Assembly: GCA_945787155.1 (NCBI GenBank)
Contig: CALZHD010000012.1
Coordinates: 14,402-78,401, forward strand
Source: an uncultured Gammaproteobacteria bacterium
GTDB taxonomy: Bacteria; Pseudomonadota; Gammaproteobacteria; SZUA-140
Direction: 5' to 3'
DNA: 64,000 nt
Translations under genes and position numbers: made by a program
In this document: positions 1-7,687 of the stretch, piece after piece
How positions within the stretch are numbered: the stretch's first letter is position 1
Layout: every line of letters starts with the position of its first letter
Notes under the pieces: model-generated
The model's database searches: none
Seen by the model: only the letters and a program-made list of their open reading frames with translations
Told to the model about the DNA's origin: nothing

Positions 1-447
1 GACAGCTGCGCTCAAACCGGCATAGTTGCCAATCAACGCAGTGATGACATCACTGTCCTTTGAATCGATATAATTGGCATTCTTGCGCCCAACGGTCATC
101 GCTACCGCTTTATCGCGACACTCTATCACCAGACGACTGTAGTTATCGCCACTCACCTTGATCCCATGCCGGATGACAATCCCTTCAAAAATAGTCTCTT
201 CATCATCGTCGTAACCGGCATTGATCTTGATTACTGCGCCCGGCTTAAACTGATCAGAATTGCTGACAGGAAAATCCTGCTCTGGCATATCGCCATCCAG
301 TAGCACTATCTTTGCAAACGGCACCTTATTGATCGCCTTATTGACGTTGACAGAGACCACCTGAATCTCCTCATCTATCGCTGCGCCATCGCAAAACAGG
401 CTCAACTTAAGAACGCCACCGCCATCCAGATTTGGTGAATCCGCCAT
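1..447 (-). CDS. vgrG: eCIS central spike protein (VgrG / Afp8-like), 5' part only, runs off the window
   Basis: Not in the ORF track. Manual translation from ATG 447 is open for 149 codons: MADSPNLDGGGVLKLSLFCDG...NKVPFAKIVLLDGD...GYDDDEETIFEGIVIRHGI...IECRDKAVAMTVGRK, typical of Afp8-type spikes. It directly follows the LysM gene. Confidence 0.85.
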   Translation of the reverse strand, partial: MADSPNLDGGGVLKLSLFCDGAAIDEEIQVVSVNVNKAINKVPFAKIVLLDGDMPEQDFPVSNSDQFKPGAVIKINAGYDDDEETIFEGIVIRHGIKVSGDNYSRLVIECRDKAVAMTVGRKNANYIDSKDSDVITALIGNYAGLSAAV

Positions 448-450
448 GAA

Positions 451-1125
451 TCACCGTAGCGGAGGGAAGTGCAGTCGGGTACCTGGCTTGAGATCCCGAA
501 AGCTGGTTAAATTATTCACTCTGGCAACCTCTAAATAATAAGCGCTATCTTTATAGATCCTGTAACAGAGCAGGGGCAAAGTATCGCCCGCCTGCACCTC
601 TACATAATGAGATAGATCCGGCGATGAACGATTCGCCTGTAACGCCTCTTCTTCCTTGCTGAGAAAGCTTGAAAATGCAAGTTTGACTTTGGCACGCAGC
701 GGCTCTCCACTCGGCTTAAACAGCGTGTACTCGATAGACATTGAATCGAGTCGCCCAAAAAATATCAAACTTCCCCACAGCAGGCGGACAATATTGGTTT
801 CATGTTTATTGCCATCATACTTGTAAACGATATCACTCAATTGTTGCACCTGAGCTTTAACATCAGGAACCCCGGCCACATCCACCACACCGGTACCATC
901 AAGCACAATATCAAAATTAATCTTTTCGGCATCTACGCTGCCAAATTTTGTCTCGGCACCCGCCTGTCCTATCGCCTCTTTTTTATTGTAACTAATCGAA
1001 TGAGCATGACTATAGCTGGATGGATTCACCATCACCTCAAAAACGGTGCCTTCGTCTACTGAAATCTTACCGCCATCATCTGCACAGGGCGAGAGCGCTA
1101 ATCTTTTTTTCTCACCGTCAGACAT
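451..1125 (-). CDS. eCIS tube initiator with C-terminal LysM domain (Afp7-like)
   Basis: VNPSSYSH, WGSLIFFGRL and FKPSGEPLRAKV motifs; LysM-like VQAGDTLPLLCYRIY...LEVARVNNLTSFRDLKPGTRLHFPPL. Confidence 0.85.
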   Translation of the reverse strand: MSDGEKKRLALSPCADDGGKISVDEGTVFEVMVNPSSYSHAHSISYNKKEAIGQAGAETKFGSVDAEKINFDIVLDGTGVVDVAGVPDVKAQVQQLSDIVYKYDGNKHETNIVRLLWGSLIFFGRLDSMSIEYTLFKPSGEPLRAKVKLAFSSFLSKEEEALQANRSSPDLSHYVEVQAGDTLPLLCYRIYKDSAYYLEVARVNNLTSFRDLKPGTRLHFPPLR

Positions 1126-1133
1126 CGCTATCC

Positions 1134-1304
1134 CTAACGCTCATCACACTCTCGCAAGCACTCAACCACCAGCTCGCGACACTCTGCCATCAACTCTTCT
1201 CTGAGCGCCGAGATATCCGCCAGACTCTGTTGTTCGTTTACAAATGATGCGTGCTCTGACTGTACCGTCGACTTAATCACCAGCTGCTTGACCTCTATCG
1301 TCAT
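1134..1304 (-). CDS. DUF5908 / Afp6-like small tube-plug protein
   Basis: MTIEVKQLVIKSTV start and C-terminal LVVECLRECDER. Lies between tube and LysM genes as in Afp/PVC loci. Start chosen at ATG 1304. Confidence 0.7.
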   Translation of the reverse strand: MTIEVKQLVIKSTVQSEHASFVNEQQSLADISALREELMAECRELVVECLRECDER

Positions 1305-1308
1305 CGCG

Positions 1309-1782
1309 TCATACCACCCTGTCAAAATAGTTATAACTCAGCTCGATCTTCTCGATCGCAATCTCGTTCTTGGTTGAATTAAATCCCTCAACCTCCCAGT
1401 TCACCGGGAATGCATTCACAAACGACCATACCCGCGTCGGTTCACCCGCCTCATTCATCAGGGAGACCTCTACCGTCATCGGTTTGACCTGCTCAATCAA
1501 CTGCCCTTCCAGCACATCCTTACACCAATCCACCAGTGGAGAATCCTTAGGCGCGACACCCCGCTTCAATACCAGCTTGGGATGCTTAAGCGTTTTTGGC
1601 AGACGGTGCACAAAGCGATTTTCACCTCCTTCGGCCAGATCTTCGGTCTCCATCTCGGAACCAATACCGGAGACCTCCTGAAACGAAGTGTCAGCATTGT
1701 CCGACGTCGCCGCGAAGACCACCTTAAAATAAAAAGCGGATAGTGGGTATTCCCCGGTTTGTGACGATGATGCGGGCGCCAT
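1309..1782 (-). CDS. eCIS minor tail tube protein (T4 gp19 family, Afp5-like)
   Basis: YPLSAFYFKV, FQEVSGI, EGGENRFVHRLP, LVLKRG, WSFVNAFPVNW, IAIEKIELSY. Confidence 0.9.
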   Translation of the reverse strand: MAPASSSQTGEYPLSAFYFKVVFAATSDNADTSFQEVSGIGSEMETEDLAEGGENRFVHRLPKTLKHPKLVLKRGVAPKDSPLVDWCKDVLEGQLIEQVKPMTVEVSLMNEAGEPTRVWSFVNAFPVNWEVEGFNSTKNEIAIEKIELSYNYFDRVV

Positions 1783-1810
1783 TAAATATACTCTTATGTA
1801 AGATAATATC

Positions 1811-1849
1811 TCACTGGAGGCACGATAAACGATACCGTACCGCCAGTGA
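1811..1849 (-). other. Intercistronic stem-loop between the major and minor tube genes
   Basis: mRNA strand TCACTGG-C-GGTACG-(11 nt)-CGTGCC-T-CCAGTGA: 7 bp + mismatch + 6 bp (one G-U). No clear U-tract. Confidence 0.55.
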
Positions 1850-1861
1850 TAGAGGAACAGC

Positions 1862-2320
1862 CTAGGCGTTTGCGATCGTCACACCTTCATGAACAATTTC
1901 AATCGTCTCGATTGCCGCCTCATTGCCATCCGCCTTGAGATCGGTCCCGGTGATCTTGGTCGGCCATGCGTTCGCAAGCGTCCACACCATCGTCGGCGCC
2001 CCCGCCTCATCCAGCAAACTAATAGTCACCGGCACACGCTTGACGGTGTTCATCTTGATCTGATTAAACCAGTCCCAAAACTTGTTATCAGATTTGAACA
2101 CACCCTTCTTCATTGTGACATTGCTCGACTTCTTGATGCCCGGCATCTTGATAGTAGAAAACTCAGGACTATCACCGTGGCGATACTCGATGGGCTGTGC
2201 CTCAAGATCAAGCCCGGAAACCTCCTGAAAAGAGAGCACTTCGCTATCCCACTTCACCTGAAAATAAAACTTTGGCAACGGCCATACAGTCGTTGATTGT
2301 GCAGATCCATCATCAGCCAT
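1862..2320 (-). CDS. eCIS major tail tube protein (Afp1-like)
   Basis: WPLPKFYFQV, FQEVSGL, EYRHGDSPEFSTIKMPG, VTMKKG, WTLANAWPTK, AIETIEIVHEG. Confidence 0.92.
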   Translation of the reverse strand: MADDGSAQSTTVWPLPKFYFQVKWDSEVLSFQEVSGLDLEAQPIEYRHGDSPEFSTIKMPGIKKSSNVTMKKGVFKSDNKFWDWFNQIKMNTVKRVPVTISLLDEAGAPTMVWTLANAWPTKITGTDLKADGNEAAIETIEIVHEGVTIANA

Positions 2321-2384
2321 AACACACCTCCCTATAATTATTATTCAAAAAATATTATTTTTAATAATCTATTGAAAACTCGAA

Positions 2385-3920
2385 CTACGATTTCTGCATC
2401 TGCTGCTGGAAGGTGATCTCGATGAACTCTGCAGGACGCGAAATCGCCACCAGCACGGTCACCCGCAAGATGCCTTCGAGTATATCCTCCGATGTCATCG
2501 TTTCACCCAGACCCACATTGACACTAAAGGCATCGTCAGGGCTTGCCCCCGCCAGCCCACCTCGTTTCCAGATACCGGTCAGAAAATTGCGGATCATGCT
2601 CTTAATGGTTACCCAGGTGTTGGCGGTATTCGGCTCAAACACATAGGCCTTGGTCGCCAGTCGGATCGATTCCTCAAGCATAATCATGGTGCGACGCACA
2701 TTGACATAACGCCAGTCAAGGCTATTGCCATCAAGTGTACGTGCACCCCACACCAATGTACCCTCGCCGATAAAAGAACGGATCGCATTAATCGACTTAC
2801 CCTGCGTAGTAACATTAAGATCTTCCTGCTCATCATGCGTAATGTTGACTGCGGGTGTGACAACTGCATTCATACTGACATTGGCAGGCGCCTTCCACAC
2901 GCCACGCGTGTTATCGACCATGGTATAAATACCTGCCATCGCGGCAGCAGGAGGCAGGAGATTCAACTGCTCACGTATCTCCTTGATCAGATTGCCGTAC
3001 AATGGACTAGCCGCACGCAGGCTCTTATTCAACAGCATTTTATCGGCAATAATCTCTTCATCCGATTTATCATCCCAGGTACTGGTAATGTTATTGATCA
3101 TCTCGATCTGCTGAGTTGCTTTGGGCGTACTGTTCTCATCTGCTTGTTCACCCAGCCCTAACTCAGTACGCAGTAGTCCTTGCAATACATCGGGATTGGC
3201 AACATTTTCAAAGCCCAGTTCATTTTCCTGCACGATGGTGGTATTCACCCAGGGATAATAGGCCGTTGCAAAATCGAGATAATTGATGCCAAGCGCTGAA
3301 CGAAAATTATCAATACAATCGCCGGCAGGGTCCTGACGATCTTTCTCGCCCCCCCACACATCAAGGATCGCGACACGATTACGCATCTTACCACCACAAT
3401 GGGCCAGTGCTGTCTGTTGCACGCTGATGCTATCCGCAGCTGCCAGCAGTACTGTTTCCGGCACCACCACCATGGTAGGTTCCTGCTCTTTAACTAACAG
3501 GCCGATGCCTTTTGAAAGCTTGCCCGCCTCAACATCGTCACCGTACTTACCCACAGAGACGATATAGCACGGCCCGCCACCATTCTGAAAAAACAGCAAC
3601 ATACTATAATAAAGCAGGTATTTTCCTGCATTTTGATTTAACAGGTATTCTGTGCCAGCGAGCGTAAATGCGGCCTCTTCAAACGAATCTGCTGGTTTTT
3701 CCTCAATCGCAAAACTCGCTGACGGCGCAAAACCGAAATAGTTGTGAAACTCGGACATTGAAGTAATACGCCACGGCTTATTCGACAACGTCTTACCTTT
3801 ATTATCTGCCCTCTCTGTATAGCCGATAAAGGCCGGTACTGCTGTCGCAACTTCAACAACAGAGTTTGGAAAGGCGTTCTTTTCAACGATATAGACGCCT
3901 GGCGTTTTCATCTGTCCCAT
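2385..3920 (-). CDS. eCIS contractile tail sheath protein (gp18 family, Afp2/3/4-like)
   Basis: MKTPGVYIVEK, VATAVPAFIGYTE, FFQNGGGPCYIVSVG, YYPWV, RGVWKAPAN, WGARTL, WRYVNVRR, FEPN, RPAEFIEITFQQ. Confidence 0.95.
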   Translation of the reverse strand: MGQMKTPGVYIVEKNAFPNSVVEVATAVPAFIGYTERADNKGKTLSNKPWRITSMSEFHNYFGFAPSASFAIEEKPADSFEEAAFTLAGTEYLLNQNAGKYLLYYSMLLFFQNGGGPCYIVSVGKYGDDVEAGKLSKGIGLLVKEQEPTMVVVPETVLLAAADSISVQQTALAHCGGKMRNRVAILDVWGGEKDRQDPAGDCIDNFRSALGINYLDFATAYYPWVNTTIVQENELGFENVANPDVLQGLLRTELGLGEQADENSTPKATQQIEMINNITSTWDDKSDEEIIADKMLLNKSLRAASPLYGNLIKEIREQLNLLPPAAAMAGIYTMVDNTRGVWKAPANVSMNAVVTPAVNITHDEQEDLNVTTQGKSINAIRSFIGEGTLVWGARTLDGNSLDWRYVNVRRTMIMLEESIRLATKAYVFEPNTANTWVTIKSMIRNFLTGIWKRGGLAGASPDDAFSVNVGLGETMTSEDILEGILRVTVLVAISRPAEFIEITFQQQMQKS

Positions 3921-3940
3921 AATATCTCCCTTATATACAG

Positions 3941-4813
3941 TTAACAGTTAATATAAATTTCCGATACAACCTCGTTACTGCCGTCGATGACATCACGCCC
4001 CAGACGCGTGACCTCCGCCATTGGCAAGCGCTTGATAATTACCTTGTCACCACCGTTATCTTTTTCTCTCAACTGGAACCGATATTTTGGACTCGCTTTC
4101 AACGACAATTTCTTTGTCGTTCGAAAGGTCATCGCCTCACGCCGATCACCTACGATCTCTCTACCTGAAAACACAAACTCTGCATCACTATCAAGATCAG
4201 ATAAATAGACGTTCTCTCTAGCCACCCGCCCCAGCAGATAGTACTTCCAGAAAACCTCTCGCTCCTTAAATCTGATAACGTAGTGTTTAGGAGCGACGTC
4301 GTTATCGCCATCAACATTCTGTAGGTCTTTTTCCGAAACGCGGATATTCACCACAAAGAGTGGCGGCAAACGCTTTTCCCTATGACTAAGAACATCCGTT
4401 AGCTGGTTTGAGTCCAGTCTTGTTAGGTCGATCATAGATACATATTTGCTATCATGCAACTTGATCCAGCCATCAACGGCGTCTTCTCTACCACCGCTAT
4501 CAAACAAAAGCATGCTGTCATCCGCTTCAAGCGATGCATCTGTTCTGCTTTTAAATCCAGCGTCTTCAGTCGTTACCTTAAACACCAGATTCAGAGGCTC
4601 ATCTTTATCCTCAATGTAAAGTTGCAATGATTCCGTATCTTTTGTGTCAAACATCACTGTAATGCCACCAACAACCGGCTTTACAAGCAACCCGCCATTC
4701 CCAATCACACGCGCCGTGCTTTCAGTCGGAATAAAGTTGAGGCCAGGCGCCACGCCATCTTCATAAAAACCGTGTTCAGTCGTGACAGTAAATAGTGATA
4801 CGTAATTGGCCAT
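3941..4813 (-). CDS. Conserved eCIS protein next to the cap gene, probable cap adaptor (Alg16B-like)
   Basis: 290 aa between the DUF4255 cap and the sheath, starting LFTVTTEHGFY and containing FWKYYL and RLP. Assignment rests on position, size and recalled resemblance only. Confidence 0.5.
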   Translation of the reverse strand: MANYVSLFTVTTEHGFYEDGVAPGLNFIPTESTARVIGNGGLLVKPVVGGITVMFDTKDTESLQLYIEDKDEPLNLVFKVTTEDAGFKSRTDASLEADDSMLLFDSGGREDAVDGWIKLHDSKYVSMIDLTRLDSNQLTDVLSHREKRLPPLFVVNIRVSEKDLQNVDGDNDVAPKHYVIRFKEREVFWKYYLLGRVARENVYLSDLDSDAEFVFSGREIVGDRREAMTFRTTKKLSLKASPKYRFQLREKDNGGDKVIIKRLPMAEVTRLGRDVIDGSNEVVSEIYINC

Positions 4814-4825
4814 CTATAAGTGCTC

Positions 4826-5401
4826 CTAGTTACCCAGTAAAAACTCGGGCTCCTTCATTAGATGGCTTTGCTGTTGGATATCACCCGCATCAAATGTCAC
4901 CATCCTCACTTTATAGAGCACGGACGGCAGATACTTCCCGCCCAACATTCCCCACATACTGCTCAGATCCTGCATACTCATATTTTCGATATCGAGCATA
5001 ATCTTCTCGATGCGCTTATCCAGTGCTGGCGTATTGTGTTGATCCATCATCGGTTGACGTTGAAAAAAACTCACCGCAGTCGAGATAAATTTAAGCCCTT
5101 CGGAGTAGTTACCACCACTAAAATTTCCAGCAACCATCAAATAGAGATTAAGATAAAGTGGCGTAGTAGAGACCACAGAGCGCTCAGCGCCCGGCGCATT
5201 GAGATGCCCCTGCTGCTGCGGTGTGGTGTCTTTTTCGATGTTAACCAGGAACAGTGCGAGCTTGTTATTGACATGCACTGAGACCGTGCTATCCAGCTCC
5301 AATAGATTGGAGATCACGACCATGTCTTCACTCAGTGAAAACGTTCGCCTGATATATTGATTCAGTTCACTAGCGATATGGCCAACAGCAGCATCAATCA
5401 T
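4826..5401 (-). CDS. DUF4255 tail terminator / cap protein (Afp16/Pvc16-like)
   Basis: LALFLVNIEKD, PLYLNLYLMVAGNF, YSEGLKFIS, FFQRQP, SSMWGMLGGKYLPSVLYKVRMV. Confidence 0.88.
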   Translation of the reverse strand: MIDAAVGHIASELNQYIRRTFSLSEDMVVISNLLELDSTVSVHVNNKLALFLVNIEKDTTPQQQGHLNAPGAERSVVSTTPLYLNLYLMVAGNFSGGNYSEGLKFISTAVSFFQRQPMMDQHNTPALDKRIEKIMLDIENMSMQDLSSMWGMLGGKYLPSVLYKVRMVTFDAGDIQQQSHLMKEPEFLLGN

Positions 5402-5663
5402 GTGACCGCAGCCCCCATTCTAAAATTAGGTGTTACATTGCGCTTAGCAAGACAGATAGGTATTCCGGCAAGCACCTAATCCCAGGGGCCCATATGCAAA
5501 TTCAACGAACCAACCCTTTCAGTCTAACTAGACTTACAGATCGCTACCCGGAACGCAAAACAACAAACCTGAAGATTAACTACCTGACTACATCCATCTC
5601 ATTTAGAACAACTCAACACGCTTACTTATTATTATTTAAGATTCGATACAGAATGTCGGATTG

Positions 5664-5692
5664 AGTATAACGACTCTTTTTTTATTAGTAAA
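5664..5692 (-). promoter_or_regulatory. Candidate sigma70 promoter of the eCIS operon
   Basis: Minus strand TTTACT-17 nt-TATACT. It implies a leader of roughly 255 nt before ATG 5401. The region is AT-rich, so chance matches are possible. Confidence 0.4.
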
Positions 5693-6115
5693 CAATCCTC
5701 CAGCTTCTATCATGAACGCGGCTGATGACGTGATTTCTTCATAAACAATCATTGCATGATTGCTCTGTTATGCTATAAAAGTGGCGTATTTTTTCGCGCA
5801 CCATCAATACATACTGGAGATATCGATAATTAGCGGCGTATAGATTTGGATACCATTGACAAAAATACAAAAAGGTAATGAGTAAACCTGAGCTATGTTA
5901 ATTGTTTAAAGCAGTAATGCCTTTGTTTAGAACTAATCTAAAATCCGCACTGGAATCGATCGCCGGGCCGGCTTTGATGGTGTGGAAATACGCTGCGATC
6001 GATCTCACTAACTCCCCCGTGAAGCCGGTCTTGTAAAGGTGACCTGCATCAGAGCACCTCTATCCGATTTAAAACTGACGATCAGTAGCCTCAACGCCAA
6101 TACCACCACCGACTA

Positions 6116-6586
6116 TCATCCTGCAAACACACTGCCAGACATATATTCTATAAAAAGCACTGCCCTGACAGACTCATCCAGCATTTCGCGATCGATATAC
6201 CCGATGGCGTCTTCATGGCTTGCCACCCAGGCCTTAATCTTAGCCCCATCACCCAACACGGCTGGTGGCCGTCCGCGACCGGAGTAGACAAGGCGCGACC
6301 AGTAAACCTTGATGCGACTCAATGGCTTTTGCACAACCTTGTCGTAGAACGCTTGTTTGATCTCTCTGCCATCCTCGTGATAGACTGGCAGCAGGTGCGT
6401 GCCGTTTTCCAGCACCCTGGTTTTACCAATATAAAGACGCTTAACTTCAGTGGCAGTCACCTGCGTGACAGCACTGTTCGGGTTGACGATGATGGCGATA
6501 TCAGCCTCAGCACTCGATCCAAACACAAAACCCAGAGCAAGGATGGCAAAAAGGATTTTTACTTTTTCAAGCATTGCCATACCCAC
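6116..6586 (-). CDS. Small periplasmic binding protein (phosphate ABC substrate-binding-like)
   Basis: Signal peptide, then IAIIVNPNS, LYIGK, YWSRLVYSGRGRPP, VASHEDAIGYID. This family is commonly encoded behind porins. Confidence 0.75.
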   Translation of the reverse strand: MGMAMLEKVKILFAILALGFVFGSSAEADIAIIVNPNSAVTQVTATEVKRLYIGKTRVLENGTHLLPVYHEDGREIKQAFYDKVVQKPLSRIKVYWSRLVYSGRGRPPAVLGDGAKIKAWVASHEDAIGYIDREMLDESVRAVLFIEYMSGSVFAG

Positions 6587-7644
6587 CTAAAACACCACAT
6601 CTATAGCAAAGGAGAAGGCATTGACTCGCTCCTTACCAGGGTCCTCGGCAAACAGCCCGGCCGCCATTTCTGCCCCTGGCTCTGGGTTATCCTGCGGAGA
6701 AATACGCTGCCATTCCAGTTTCAGTGCTGTGGTGGGATTCAGCATATGCTTTACTCCCACGGCCACCGACTTTTGCCCCCAACCACTCTTCTGATCGAAA
6801 CCGGCATAGGTGACATGCGGCAGGGTATCGCCAAGATAATAGCCCAATGTAATGTATCCCGCCCGGGTACGCGCCTCCTCTTCATCATTTAGTGTTGAAA
6901 CTGCATACTCGAAGTAGCTCACAAGGCTGCCCCACTCATTGCGCATCCCAGCACTAATAATGCGCTTTGTTTGGCCATCGAGCTCATGCCCCGGCGCATC
7001 TACACGCCCCTGAGCCACACTTGTCTGAAATTCGCTGGAGTCGTTAGCCGCACCAAGTTTAACCCCGACAAGTTTTGAAATAGCCTGGTGTGATTCTCCA
7101 AATTTCACCTCTCCAAAAAAAAGGCTGCGCCAAAAAATCCCATTCACCCTCATGCCTATGCTGGGAAAAATAGAGCGCTGACCCCACTAAATGACTCAAA
7201 GGTGATGCTGGCGGAGAGTTCTTCCAGACCGTAATACTCATGTGGCGGCCTGATCCAGGGATATGCCAATCCAACATCATAATATTCAGAAACCAGATTA
7301 TTTGGGTATTTGAGCTTGCCAAATCTGAGATCAATCTGCTCAGACAAATGAAAGGAAGCAAACGCCCAGTCGAGGTTAAGCACGTAGTTCTCCTCATAAC
7401 CGGCGGCGAACAACTGCCCTTCCAGCGTCCATAACGGATTCACATCGGACACCAGATGCAGATGCAAACCGAAACGAGAATCGTCAAAGGTGCCATGCTT
7501 GTCGACAATGTCGCGATAGGTCGCTTCAGAATTAGTAATGGAATAGGCTGAGGTAAAATAACCATCCCACTTCAGATCTGCGGCAGAGGCTGCGCCACTC
7601 AGGAGTAGAACGGATAACAGCAATAGCAAGCTACATTTTTTCAC
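6587..7644 (-). pseudogene. Outer-membrane porin, split by frameshift(s)
   Basis: GTG start 7644 with signal peptide; LDWAFASF, RFGKLK and YPWIRPP motifs; C-terminal ...NAFSFAIDVVF. Coding passes through three frames (…SGVSAL / …EWDFLAQPFF / GEVKFG…), with shifts near the A5 run at 7166-7170 and the A8 run at 7115-7122. Confidence 0.75.
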
Positions 7645-7687
7645 TTCCCCCCTTTGGCAAATGATTTCATTCAGGCACCGTCTATTA

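Noticed and set aside
97-108. ops-like GCGGTAGCGATG on the minus strand
   Set aside because: Lies inside the VgrG coding frame (AVAM codons); explained by protein sequence.
1-5401. Type VI secretion system or prophage tail
   Set aside because: One-piece gp18-type sheath, gp19-type tubes, DUF4255 and LysM initiator are eCIS hallmarks. No TssB/TssC pair, membrane complex, capsid or terminase genes are seen.
5752-5779. Plus-strand TTGCAT-16-TATAAA promoter-like match with no downstream gene
   Set aside because: AT-rich spacer where such matches arise by chance; no ORF or terminator defines a transcript.
5955-6003. 9-bp inverted repeat ATCGATCGC...GCGATCGAT
   Set aside because: 31-nt loop, no U-tract, single copy; not enough to call a terminator or element.
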